From the sequence record PP456878.1: a DNA stretch of 64,000 nucleotides; one strand, given 5' to 3'. Origin of the DNA: Pseudomonas phage vB_PaePAO1-KEN19. The notes beneath the pieces were generated by a model. That model worked only from the letters and a program-made list of their open reading frames with translations, did not search any database and was not told where the DNA came from. Positions 44,455 through 53,246 of the stretch are shown piece after piece. A program made the translations under genes and the position numbers. Position 1 is the stretch's first letter. Each line of letters opens with the position of its first letter.

Positions 44455-44864
44455 GTACCATCTACAGAGTCATTTACAAATGGTGCACGGTCACCAGGTA
44501 TTACTTGAGCCCATAAATCCACTTCAAGTAATATCCGACGACATGCATAAAAAGGCTCTACTTCTACCCTGTATGAATTATCTTTAGGATCAATATACAC
44601 AGTAGCAACTAGCTTAGGCTGGGCTCTTCGCCATTTATCCCATACTTTAAGAATTACTTCGCCTTCCATTCTGGCTATACGTGGAGTTATCTTTACCTCA
44701 CTAATGATTAGCCCATCTGGACCTACCACTCGTTTAGGGGATAGCCATTTATGATAACCAATATCATTAATCCCATTCTTTGAAAATACCGAGTCTTCAA
44801 GATATCCTCTCACACCAGGGTATAACGGAACCATTGTAAGCATATGACACCTATAGTGATCCAT
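44430..44864 (-). CDS. hypothetical protein (144 aa)
   Basis: Same-strand ORF. Confidence 0.5.
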   Translation of the reverse strand: MDHYRCHMLTMVPLYPGVRGYLEDSVFSKNGINDIGYHKWLSPKRVVGPDGLIISEVKITPRIARMEGEVILKVWDKWRRAQPKLVATVYIDPKDNSYRVEVEPFYACRRILLEVDLWAQVIPGDRAPFVNDSVDGTWASRDII

Positions 44865-45249
44865 TGGATGCCCATAAAACTGAATAAGGATTTTGAGTTA
44901 ATTGGAATCTAATTGCAAAGTTTTCGATTTCCCAAAAACGATCAGTCTTATTCCACTCTAATTCCTTTTTCGCCAGATCAACATTAATTGTTGATATAAT
45001 ACGATTACGCTCTTCTTCAAATACAGTAAACCTGACGATTGCTGGAAATAAGCAATCTCTTTCTTTATAAAAGTTTAGAGTATTCTTATCGATATAACCT
45101 GGTCCTGGAATAATTTCAAGGATATTAAAATCAGTCCATCCTAAGTCTGGTGTACCTAGATCAGGTAAATGTTTTAAAACCCCATTGCGTATAAAGGGTT
45201 TTCCATATTCTAGTGTGACCTCATGAAAAGAAGAACCATAGATTTTCAT
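44851..45249 (-). CDS. hypothetical protein (132 aa)
   Basis: Same-strand ORF. Confidence 0.5.
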   Translation of the reverse strand: MKIYGSSFHEVTLEYGKPFIRNGVLKHLPDLGTPDLGWTDFNILEIIPGPGYIDKNTLNFYKERDCLFPAIVRFTVFEEERNRIISTINVDLAKKELEWNKTDRFWEIENFAIRFQLTQNPYSVLWASNGSL

Positions 45250-45410
45250 ACAACCACCGTGCGTTTTAATTCATAGGGTTAGTATGTTTAGTACCGTTTG
45301 AATTTTATTTCATTACAGATGATCGCTTTGTTATATTTGGTGTTTGAATATTTTAGACTAGTTTCAATAAATGCTTTCTTTTTCATATATACACTTACGC
45401 AAAATAAATA

Positions 45411-45431
45411 GGGACTCTCATTAAGAGTCCC
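45411..45431 (-). terminator. hairpin gggactctc-att-aagagtccc
   Basis: 9-bp stem downstream of gene 45438..45770. Confidence 0.55.
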
Positions 45432-45437
45432 TTAATA

Positions 45438-45770
45438 TTAAACGAATAATAACTCCAGTACTAATACTGGAAATTTATGCCGATATTGTGGATGTACATA
45501 CGTATGAAATTTATGTGTGCCTAAATGGAATTCAACGTACAGTACAATAAAATCTTTAGCTACATTTCGATCATGTACGTAAATAGTGAGTATTTCACCA
45601 TCATCATCTTTCTTACGTCCATAATCAAAATAGTAATTTTTGTTATCAGCTATCCCTTCAGCATTTAATTGAATGCCCCTTACATCAACAACATTTAAAC
45701 TAGAATCTTCATTAAATAAAGATCTAGTGCTACCATGGTAAACCATTAATGGATCTAATTGAATCTGCAT
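45438..45770 (-). CDS. hypothetical protein (110 aa)
   Basis: Same-strand ORF. Confidence 0.5.
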   Translation of the reverse strand: MQIQLDPLMVYHGSTRSLFNEDSSLNVVDVRGIQLNAEGIADNKNYYFDYGRKKDDDGEILTIYVHDRNVAKDFIVLYVEFHLGTHKFHTYVHPQYRHKFPVLVLELLFV

Positions 45771-45790
45771 GTGTTAGTCCTCTACTATGT

Positions 45791-45810
45791 AGTGAGGCAC
45801 ATGCCTCACT
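45791..45810 (-). terminator. hairpin agtgaggca-ca-tgcctcact
   Basis: 9-bp stem followed by ttatattg. Confidence 0.55.
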
Positions 45811-45838
45811 TATATTGTTTTAATTTTCATATTAATGA

Positions 45839-46186
45839 TCAATTAAAGTTAACAGTGCTATAAGCTTTGCCTAAAGCTGTAAATAGTTCTTCATTAAGTT
45901 CATCAAATTCTAACCAACCATTCATTTCACCTAAGATAGTTTTAACAATCGTAAGATTAACAATCTCAGAGCTAGGAATGATATCTCGAATTCGCTCATG
46001 GAAATTAACTACTTGTTGAATACTTACTTTAGTATCATTGACTGAGATATCATCATCAGTTAACTTATTAATAGCCATCATCGCTATACGTGAGAATAGA
46101 TCAGTATGTTCTTCCTTAACAATTTCCCATGCTGCATTAAAGGAGTCAAGAACATCTAGATCATCAGAATTTAGTTGCTTTTGCAT
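45839..46186 (-). CDS. hypothetical acidic protein (115 aa)
   Basis: Same-strand ORF. Confidence 0.5.
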   Translation of the reverse strand: MQKQLNSDDLDVLDSFNAAWEIVKEEHTDLFSRIAMMAINKLTDDDISVNDTKVSIQQVVNFHERIRDIIPSSEIVNLTIVKTILGEMNGWLEFDELNEELFTALGKAYSTVNFN

Positions 46187-46288
46187 TTTAACCTCTTAAA
46201 CATTATAACACATATACCCCACAACATAAGTCATGGAGTATATGCCTCGAAAGGTACGTAATAGAAATACTACTACATAGTATTGTAT

Positions 46289-46759
46289 TTACTCATTAAT
46301 AACAGATACTTTGTTATTCTCAGCTTTACTTTTAGCCGATAGCGCTAAATAGAGACAACTATACCAAGTGAAGTAGTCTCTTGGGAAATAGCCCTTTAAA
46401 AAAGTAGCCATATTTTTAGCACACGCTTTATTAATATTCTTATTAATGATTTTCCTCTCATTCATTATTTTACAAGCTAACAATGAATAATGTAGTTGAT
46501 TATTAGTACTTAGGTCTTCAAGGAATAGTTCTTTCACTGCTTGTGGCTTAGAACTTAGACACATTATAATTTCTTGAACAATATAGTCATTCGTCACTGA
46601 ATGAATAAGTTCAAGATAGAGTGAAAGATTAATCGAATACAGATCTTGTTTATTATTGAAAATGTATCCATTTCTATCTAATGTAACTAATTTCTTATAT
46701 GTGGGTGACATCTTTTCATTAACTATTTTATAAAAAAGACTAATCACTAATTTAATCAT
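46289..46759 (-). CDS. hypothetical protein (156 aa)
   Basis: Same-strand ORF. Confidence 0.5.
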   Translation of the reverse strand: MIKLVISLFYKIVNEKMSPTYKKLVTLDRNGYIFNNKQDLYSINLSLYLELIHSVTNDYIVQEIIMCLSSKPQAVKELFLEDLSTNNQLHYSLLACKIMNERKIINKNINKACAKNMATFLKGYFPRDYFTWYSCLYLALSAKSKAENNKVSVINE

Positions 46760-47889
46760 TTTAATAAACTTCCATCTACTCTATAAAAACCATGGACATC
46801 ACGTTTACCATTTAGACTAGGTATCTCATATGGATCAGTTGATGGATTTATCAGTTTGATTTTGCATTTATCTAAACGATCACGCAAGCTGATATTACCA
46901 GATAATGTTAAACCACGATACTGAATATCGACATTATCTAAATCAACAATGAGCGTACTAAGCTCCCCATTTGTTAAGTATGGTACCACAACCGAGTCAA
47001 TTACTTTTGCAATTGTTTTAGCTTCAATATGTATCCAGTTTCCAATATGATTAACAATCTCTGGAAACTTATCTAGATTTAATGTGATGCTATAGTCACA
47101 CCTAATTTTGATAATTCCATTACTTGACCAATAATGCATTGCACTATTGATGCCACCTAGATGATTCTCCATAGGTGTGAACTTTAGCCGTCCATTGAAA
47201 TCTATAAGCACTTTTGAGTTATCACACGCATCAACTATTCTTGACCGATACATAAACATATTAAGTAGTTTTCTATTGATGGCCACAGTTGTACCATTAG
47301 TTAGTTCAACTACGACGATATCACCATCTGCTTCATAAGACTCTACAATTAGAGTTATTGGGTTACTATCAAATTTGGAATTATCAGATAACCCATCCAT
47401 CACAATCTTGTAATTACTATTAACTGATTTAACTTGATCTATTAAAGATGGATCAATGAAATCCTTAGTGAGTGATTTTGATGTGAAAATTACAGCCACA
47501 TTTAGATCACTATTGATTGGTGTATTTACAGGTATGTATTGTTCATTAGAGAAATAGAATAATTTAAGATCTTTTATATCAGTTAGATTAATAATATCTA
47601 ATGAATTATTAGTTACTTTATACATGAATGAATCAAAATTTTGTTCAACAAAATAAATCATCCATGTCTTAGTTTCTTTGGTATAATAACCCCATGCTAA
47701 ACTTCGATCATGTAATTTACCAGATAGCATTCCTGTGAAGTAACCTGACAAAATATCAATTTTATCAACATCTACATTTTCTCTGATGTATTTATCATTT
47801 AGATCAGCTATCTTTTGTTCTAATGTATCTACCTTTTTTGGTTTGTTAAAACTATCAATAACATTTTTTAAGTACTTAAACATAATCAT
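46756..47889 (-). CDS. hypothetical protein (377 aa)
   Basis: Same-strand ORF with a 4-nt overlap. Confidence 0.55.
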   Translation of the reverse strand: MIMFKYLKNVIDSFNKPKKVDTLEQKIADLNDKYIRENVDVDKIDILSGYFTGMLSGKLHDRSLAWGYYTKETKTWMIYFVEQNFDSFMYKVTNNSLDIINLTDIKDLKLFYFSNEQYIPVNTPINSDLNVAVIFTSKSLTKDFIDPSLIDQVKSVNSNYKIVMDGLSDNSKFDSNPITLIVESYEADGDIVVVELTNGTTVAINRKLLNMFMYRSRIVDACDNSKVLIDFNGRLKFTPMENHLGGINSAMHYWSSNGIIKIRCDYSITLNLDKFPEIVNHIGNWIHIEAKTIAKVIDSVVVPYLTNGELSTLIVDLDNVDIQYRGLTLSGNISLRDRLDKCKIKLINPSTDPYEIPSLNGKRDVHGFYRVDGSLLK

Positions 47890-47920
47890 AAATTACCTTT
47901 TGAGTATAAACACGGAATAA

Positions 47921-47940
47921 AAGCGGTGTACACACCGCTT
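47921..47940 (-). terminator. hairpin aagcggtgt-ac-acaccgctt
   Basis: 9-bp stem overlapping the stop of gene 47939..48238. Confidence 0.55.
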
Positions 47941-48238
47941 ATTGTTCAAATTTGATTTTGATATATCCACCACCAACATTAGGCTGCTTAGGTCTTAGCC
48001 ATCCTAGATTAAGATCCATATTCAAAACAAACGTATAAGCTGTTACTCCATTTTCATCATCAACACTAATGGAGTGCCATCCATCATGATTTTGATCTTT
48101 AAGAGAATGGATTTTGGGATATAGTTGATTATGATTCAAATCAAATACTGTAACATCTCCAATTGATCTAATTGGATAACCGCGAGATCCTAAATGATGG
48201 GCTCCTCTGCGGTCCAGTGAAATAATAGCTTCGTTCAC
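47939..48238 (-). CDS. hypothetical protein (99 aa)
   Basis: Same-strand ORF. Confidence 0.5.
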   Translation of the reverse strand: MNEAIISLDRRGAHHLGSRGYPIRSIGDVTVFDLNHNQLYPKIHSLKDQNHDGWHSISVDDENGVTAYTFVLNMDLNLGWLRPKQPNVGGGYIKIKFEQ

Positions 48239-48283
48239 GATAATTACCTCATGTAGATGTTTCCATTAGTATATGCTAATCTA

Positions 48284-48316
48284 TAATGTAGATCTCAAAT
48301 AAAATTTAGTGCAATA
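48284..48316 (-). promoter_or_regulatory. conserved early promoter (family 2 variant), TTGCAC-N18-TACATT
   Basis: The + strand reads taatgtagatctcaaataaaatttagtgcaatag. Part of the duplicated 45-bp module also found at 33163. Confidence 0.4.
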
Positions 48317-48336
48317 GCCCTCCCCGAAGGGAGGGC
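48317..48336 (-). terminator. hairpin gccctcccc-ga-agggagggc
   Basis: Identical to the hairpins at 6430 and 33197. Confidence 0.6.
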
Positions 48337-48348
48337 TTTATGACAACA

Positions 48349-48579
48349 TTACCGCTTACTCATTATCGCAGCTAGTTCAACTTTAAATAATGCTTCTTCG
48401 ACTTTACGAGAAATAGCATTTATTTGAACACGTTTATTATTTTCACGATCTAATGCAATTGTATTTTTTCGTGTACAATAATCGTGTAAACCCAGTTGTC
48501 GCCTAACATAGAAAATAACAATTAATTTCAAAACACGAATATATCTCATAACGCGCTTGAACATTTTATAAATCCTCAA
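48349..48579 (-). CDS. hypothetical basic protein (76 aa)
   Basis: Same-strand ORF. Confidence 0.45.
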   Translation of the reverse strand: MRIYKMFKRVMRYIRVLKLIVIFYVRRQLGLHDYCTRKNTIALDRENNKRVQINAISRKVEEALFKVELAAIMSKR

Positions 48580-48583
48580 TAAT

Positions 48584-48775
48584 TTAAGGAATTGCTTTTA
48601 AAGCTTCTTCGCGTTCAGCTAAAAGCTTATCATATTGTATTTGTAATCGGTTAATTTCCGCACGAGTTAATTTTGTCTTAGCATTAGGTTTCAACTTATG
48701 GTTAATATCAACGGTAATACCATGGTACCTAAATAGAGCTTCCATTTTGGCTATTTTCTTTTCAATATCATCCAT
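48584..48775 (-). CDS. hypothetical coiled-coil protein (63 aa)
   Basis: Same-strand ORF. Confidence 0.4.
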   Translation of the reverse strand: MDDIEKKIAKMEALFRYHGITVDINHKLKPNAKTKLTRAEINRLQIQYDKLLAEREEALKAIP

Positions 48776-48806
48776 AGCTAAAATCCAAAAAAATAATAAT
48801 GACTAA

Positions 48807-48824
48807 GGGGACCAGAAGGTCCCC
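48807..48824 (-). terminator. hairpin ggggacc-agaa-ggtcccc
   Basis: GC hairpin downstream of gene 48832..49308. Confidence 0.55.
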
Positions 48825-48831
48825 TATATCG

Positions 48832-49308
48832 TTAGGCAGTAATAGCGCGGCGGAAGACTGAATCAAACTCTTCCTGGTATGCTTTAATCAGCTTTGCAGT
48901 TTCTTCACAAATGGTATTATTACCATAAAATGCATCTGCAAAAGATTCTTGCTTACGTACTTCACAACCGAATAGCTCAAGACCATTTTTTGCTAGCTCA
49001 ACTTTGAACTTAGCTAATTCGGTCATACCAATTGGTTTGGCCCGCCCTTCTTCGATACCATTTTCTTTTAGTTTAATATTATCACATACACTGCAATGAC
49101 GAACATCTTTTTGTTTGTTCTTACGGAAGTTAGGACTTGATTTAGTTTGTTTTGCAGCAATGTCCATAAAGGTTTCCCTAGAATTTTTACGAACCGCAGC
49201 TTCATGATTCTTTTTAGCTCGATTTTTCTGTTTCTTCTGAACCGGCTTCGGCTGTACACCCAGCATTGAACCAAGTTCACTCCAGGAAGAAATAGTATTG
49301 CGTGACAT
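48832..49308 (-). CDS. hypothetical basic protein with Cys pairs (158 aa)
   Basis: Lys/Arg-rich N-terminus. Cys pairs HCSVCDN and LFGCE. Confidence 0.5.
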   Translation of the reverse strand: MSRNTISSWSELGSMLGVQPKPVQKKQKNRAKKNHEAAVRKNSRETFMDIAAKQTKSSPNFRKNKQKDVRHCSVCDNIKLKENGIEEGRAKPIGMTELAKFKVELAKNGLELFGCEVRKQESFADAFYGNNTICEETAKLIKAYQEEFDSVFRRAITA

Positions 49309-49347
49309 GTATTAGAATCTCCTATATATGTTGATTATATCACATTT

Positions 49348-49382
49348 GTGATATACTGTTTAAAATGCTTTGAATGTATAAA
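49348..49382 (-). promoter_or_regulatory. conserved early promoter (family 1 variant)
   Basis: The + strand reads gtgatatactgtttaaaatgctttgaatgtat. It shares the ctgtttaaaatgcttt core with the motif at 23738. Confidence 0.4.
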
Positions 49383-49398
49383 CCACTATGTTGGTCAA

Positions 49399-49635
49399 TC
49401 ATAGATAGAATGGTTCATGAATAACAACCCGATAACGAGTGTTATATTGGTTAATTGGAAACATATGAACAATCTTAAAATGCAGTTCAGCAACCAAATT
49501 AAAGAATTCAGCATGCATGTTATCAGTTGAAATATCAAATGAGATTGTATCATTAACTGCACAAAGTTCTGAATCAGATGCCTTTGTAATTTCAGTTAGC
49601 CGACTGACAAACTTTTCTTGGTTAGGACTAAGCAT
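49399..49635 (-). CDS. hypothetical protein (78 aa)
   Basis: Same-strand ORF. Confidence 0.45.
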   Translation of the reverse strand: MLSPNQEKFVSRLTEITKASDSELCAVNDTISFDISTDNMHAEFFNLVAELHFKIVHMFPINQYNTRYRVVIHEPFYL

Positions 49636-49637
49636 TA

Positions 49638-50207
49638 TTAAAGTCTCGCTGTTGTGATACCAATTTGATTTTGATATTTACCATTACGTTTTGCATAACT
49701 AACTTCACATGGGGCATCACCTCTAAAGAACATAAACTGAGCAATACCCATATCAGCATAAATTTTTAGAGGTAGTGTAGTGCAGTTTGCAATCTCAATA
49801 ACGACTTGTCCTTTGAAACCTGGTTCAATAGGAGTGACATTAACAATTGCACCTAGTCGTGCATAGGTTGATTTACCTGTGCAAATAGCTAGGACATCAT
49901 CTGGAATATTAAACGATTCTACAGTATGACCAAGAATATAACTGTTAGGTGGAATAATACAATAATCACCAGTCCAATCTACTAAGAATCCATCACTAGG
50001 GTCTAATGGGTCAATAACTGCACTTGTTACATTAGAAAAGATCTTAAAATTACGGGCTAGCCTTACATCGTACCCATATGAACTAAGCCCATAACTAATA
50101 ATCTTTTTACCATCTTTTTCACGGACCTGGTGACCAATGAAATCCGTAATCATTGGTTCACGACCTTTAGATAAGTCAGTGATTGTTTTATCAGATAGAA
50201 TAGCCAT
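49638..50207 (-). CDS. dCTP deaminase (Dcd)/dUTPase-superfamily enzyme (189 aa), possibly analogous to a T4 gp56-type dCTPase
   Basis: GLSSYGYDVRL and GKSTYARLGAIVNVTPIEPGFKGQVVIEIAN...DMGIAQFMFF match the conserved Dcd-family blocks. Confidence 0.75.
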   Translation of the reverse strand: MAILSDKTITDLSKGREPMITDFIGHQVREKDGKKIISYGLSSYGYDVRLARNFKIFSNVTSAVIDPLDPSDGFLVDWTGDYCIIPPNSYILGHTVESFNIPDDVLAICTGKSTYARLGAIVNVTPIEPGFKGQVVIEIANCTTLPLKIYADMGIAQFMFFRGDAPCEVSYAKRNGKYQNQIGITTARL

Positions 50208-50230
50208 TTTTAACTTTTCCTGTTAAGTAA

Positions 50231-50815
50231 TCATCCCCAGAATCGGGCGATGAAGTGAACACACTCCATCTTTTTAGTTTCTTCCAGGAACTTGAAATAA
50301 CCATCATCCACACCATTGCTCAAAAATAGCTGGCGATAGGTTTTTTCCGAAATGACTTCACCATTAACATCTTGATCGAACATCGTTGGCTTCTGATCAT
50401 AATCGAAGTTCCAGAGGTCTTCCATATTGAAGATCATTGTAAGTGGGTACCAACCATCTTCACTATAATAGGCGTACGGTGTTAGATTGTCCTGTTTGGA
50501 ATTGACAATTTGTGAAAGGCGACCTTCAAAGTTGTTCCATACTGGATGCGAGTCATCACTGACGAGTGTACCAAATCCACAGCCTTTAAGAGTCGGTCGA
50601 CAGAATCGGTTGGTATACTCATTATTATCGGTTAACCAATCCCAAAGATAATAGCAACGGCTAAAGTTAAGAGCCTCGCATGTATGCATGTCAATGAATT
50701 TAAGTACACGTGCACCATCTGAAGAACGTGTGGAACGTTTGGTAACTACAGGGAAAACATCAATACCCATTTTAATCATCCATTTAACAGAATTTTTCTT
50801 GACCAGGGATTTCAC
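50231..50815 (-). CDS. hypothetical protein (194 aa)
   Basis: Same-strand ORF. Confidence 0.5.
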   Translation of the reverse strand: MKSLVKKNSVKWMIKMGIDVFPVVTKRSTRSSDGARVLKFIDMHTCEALNFSRCYYLWDWLTDNNEYTNRFCRPTLKGCGFGTLVSDDSHPVWNNFEGRLSQIVNSKQDNLTPYAYYSEDGWYPLTMIFNMEDLWNFDYDQKPTMFDQDVNGEVISEKTYRQLFLSNGVDDGYFKFLEETKKMECVHFIARFWG

Positions 50816-51128
50816 CGTCCATAACCTCTAGTACCCAACGGCCAGTCATCAACTCACGTGCAACATCACATGCCGCCCCGCCAATCTTCTCAGCTACTTT
50901 GTCCAGCAGAATTGGATGATAGTTGTGATCACCCATTACTGCGAACTTGCTTTCCCGTTCTATTTCAGCAAGTAAATCAGTGTCAACCCATTCAACACGC
51001 CCATCTGGATAGACAATATTAAGACCATACCACTTACAATAGTTTTCGATGGTTACAACTGGAATGTCATAAACACCTTTAAAACACAGCGGTAACTTAC
51101 GATCTGAGTAATGAATACGTTCAGTCAT
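50784..51128 (-). CDS. hypothetical protein (114 aa)
   Basis: Same-strand ORF. Confidence 0.5.
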   Translation of the reverse strand: MTERIHYSDRKLPLCFKGVYDIPVVTIENYCKWYGLNIVYPDGRVEWVDTDLLAEIERESKFAVMGDHNYHPILLDKVAEKIGGAACDVARELMTGRWVLEVMDGEIPGQEKFC

Positions 51129-51544
51129 TTGCCATTCACCAATTCAAAATAATTTTTTAGTAGATCTTCAGTTATTGGACGAGTATGTTCTTTAATCGAT
51201 AATTCCTTACTGTCCATTTCAATTTCATATTCAGAAATTTGAAATTGCTTATGTGGCACTGAACCATCTAACATAATGATCACATCTGCTAAGACTTGAT
51301 CCACTGCACATTGCAACAAATTATTAACTTGTTGATTATCAGTAAGTGAGTAATCATTGATGGCTTTATTACGAATGTCATATAGCCTTTTACTTAAAGG
51401 AGTATTACGTTCAATATGTTCTGTTCGCCACTCTTCTAAAATCTGTTCTGTACTTAGTTTGGATAATGACGATCCGCCAAGTTTCTTCCTAACTTCATTT
51501 TCTGAAAATGGTTTATCATGCCAGAATTGATGATCTTGTTTCAT
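51125..51544 (-). CDS. hypothetical protein (139 aa)
   Basis: Same-strand ORF with a 4-nt overlap. Confidence 0.5.
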   Translation of the reverse strand: MKQDHQFWHDKPFSENEVRKKLGGSSLSKLSTEQILEEWRTEHIERNTPLSKRLYDIRNKAINDYSLTDNQQVNNLLQCAVDQVLADVIIMLDGSVPHKQFQISEYEIEMDSKELSIKEHTRPITEDLLKNYFELVNGK

Positions 51545-51556
51545 AGTAAATCCTTT

Positions 51557-51814
51557 TTATAATTTAGAAATAGGTTTTAATACCGTATCTTTTTCATTGA
51601 ATGGATTATAAACTTTATGCGGATTAATCATCTTTAGTTGCTCATTCTTTCTTTCTAAATAAGCATCTGATGGTTTAATTGTTTTAGTTTTCCAAAAGTC
51701 ATCGATTGGTTTTAACTTATCCATTTCTGACTGTTCGTTATCAAAAGGAGTTTCCCGATTTCTTAGTCGGGTCGAATTGAATAGGAGTCGTAAACTCCCG
51801 TCGTAATTCCTCAT
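51557..51814 (-). CDS. hypothetical protein (85 aa); overlaps an out-of-frame upstream ORF
   Basis: GAGAAG lies upstream of the ATG. A 54-aa ORF in another frame (51741..51905) overlaps its first 74 nt. Confidence 0.4.
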   Translation of the reverse strand: MRNYDGSLRLLFNSTRLRNRETPFDNEQSEMDKLKPIDDFWKTKTIKPSDAYLERKNEQLKMINPHKVYNPFNEKDTVLKPISKL

Positions 51815-51905
51815 CTAAATTCTTCTCTTGAATTAATTTAGGAAAATGTTTTCTAACTGTTTTAATTGAAGCTATTAAATTGGAATAGGCTTTTTCTATG
51901 GACAT
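51741..51905 (-). CDS. 54-aa ORF overlapping gene 51557..51814 in a different frame; possibly a frameshifted or split gene
   Basis: Hand-translated MSIEKAYSNLIASIKTVRKHFPKLIQEKNLDEELRREFTTPIQFDPTKKSGNSF. Confidence 0.25.
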   Translation of the reverse strand: MSIEKAYSNLIASIKTVRKHFPKLIQEKNLDEELRREFTTPIQFDPTKKSGNSF

Positions 51906-51930
51906 TTTTATAACTCAAAATACATTATAA

Positions 51931-51954
51931 AGACAGTGGCTAAAACCACTGTCT
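51931..51954 (-). terminator. hairpin agacagtgg-ctaaaa-ccactgtct
   Basis: 9-bp stem. Confidence 0.45.
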
Positions 51955-52065
51955 AATTATTTCCCATAATGATCCACCTATAACTGCACTTAGAAAAAGC
52001 ATTTTGAATATGGGTGGTTCTTCTTGTTCATGTTGCATGTCTGATTTATTATTTTCGCTAGCCAT
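51940..52065 (-). CDS. small hydrophobic peptide (41 aa, MASENNKSDMQHEQEEPPIFKMLFLSAVIGGSLWEIIRQWF)
   Basis: Hand-translated. Runs into the hairpin. Speculative. Confidence 0.25.
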   Translation of the reverse strand: MASENNKSDMQHEQEEPPIFKMLFLSAVIGGSLWEIIRQWF

Positions 52066-52076
52066 TTTCTTTTACT

Positions 52077-52445
52077 CTAATGCCCACCATATTCTCTAAT
52101 TTTCTCACCATCCCAAAACTCATAACCAGTCATATTGTGATTAAATGGCTTTATTTTAGTAAACCCACTACGATAGATCCAGAAATGACCAGTGCCTCTT
52201 TTTAAGCGGCACTTATACATTGCTTTTTTCTCATATTCCGTGGGAGGGCTAATTTCTAGAACTTCAAGTTCATCACCCCGTATACAGAATAGCGCTGGTG
52301 GATGCTCACAGGATGCTTTCATACCGAGAACACCTGTTGACCAAACTGTATCACCTGGCTTAATAACAGTGATGTCATTTGATACTGGTATTACAGGAAT
52401 TGCACACATATTAGATGCTCCAGAGTAATTACCTCCAAAGAGCAA
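52077..52445 (-). CDS. hypothetical protein (122 aa)
   Basis: Same-strand ORF. Confidence 0.5.
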   Translation of the reverse strand: MLFGGNYSGASNMCAIPVIPVSNDITVIKPGDTVWSTGVLGMKASCEHPPALFCIRGDELEVLEISPPTEYEKKAMYKCRLKRGTGHFWIYRSGFTKIKPFNHNMTGYEFWDGEKIREYGGH

Positions 52446-52536
52446 ACACTGATATATTCATAGTCTGCTCTTTAGTAATATTTAAGAAGTTGGAATACTC
52501 ATACTGGAGATAAACTAATGTCCATTTATACTAATC

Positions 52537-53139
52537 TCATTGTGTATAATAATTCTTTTTGAGATTATCCATATCGTAAGAATCATGTTTGAACTCAAAC
52601 TTCTTAGCTATCTCACTCGAAAAAGCTTGTTTACGTTTTTCTTCTTGTTCACGGATATCGTAAGGACCATTCTCTTTAACAAGATATTTTTTATACGGCC
52701 CAGTTCCTTGGATATATCCATCAGGAATAATGGTTGTGAGATATTTAGCCTCTACCAACCGGATGCACCGTCCATAACCAACTTCATTGGCATGACGAAC
52801 TTGGATTAGTTGTCTATTCTTGGCAATACGTTCAGATATGCATGGGAAGTAAACCGGATCATCTCCTTTTTTACAGTTACCCATATCAACCTTTGCGTAC
52901 AGAATTTTTCTATGATTGGCTTCGAAGAAAGCCCGAGCTTCACGAATACGTTGGGACCGAATAGCTTCCTTAGTTCTGACATTCTTTAGATGTGCAGGTT
53001 GTAAAAAAGGATTCATCTTTCGCACGTGACGTTGGATAAGTTTTGTCGTGTAATGAGGTGAATCATTAGCCATAGCCAGTAGGCTATTGTACATCTCAAT
53101 CGACATGATTACTTGCTGCGGGTCATTATTGCGCTGCAT
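52537..53139 (-). CDS. hypothetical basic protein (200 aa), N-terminal paralogue of 27791..28174
   Basis: Shared N-terminal about 75-aa domain. Confidence 0.5.
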   Translation of the reverse strand: MQRNNDPQQVIMSIEMYNSLLAMANDSPHYTTKLIQRHVRKMNPFLQPAHLKNVRTKEAIRSQRIREARAFFEANHRKILYAKVDMGNCKKGDDPVYFPCISERIAKNRQLIQVRHANEVGYGRCIRLVEAKYLTTIIPDGYIQGTGPYKKYLVKENGPYDIREQEEKRKQAFSSEIAKKFEFKHDSYDMDNLKKNYYTQ

Positions 53140-53246
53140 GCTGATCTCCGTATGTGAAATAATGCTTTACTTTAAGGTCATCAGGATTATAAATAACACG
53201 TTGGAATTCATGTTTCTTCGCTAGTTTAAAAGCAGCTTACTTTTCC

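Noticed and set aside
49068-49280. 70-aa minus-strand ORF
   Set aside because: It is nested in a different frame inside the 158-aa gene 48832..49308.
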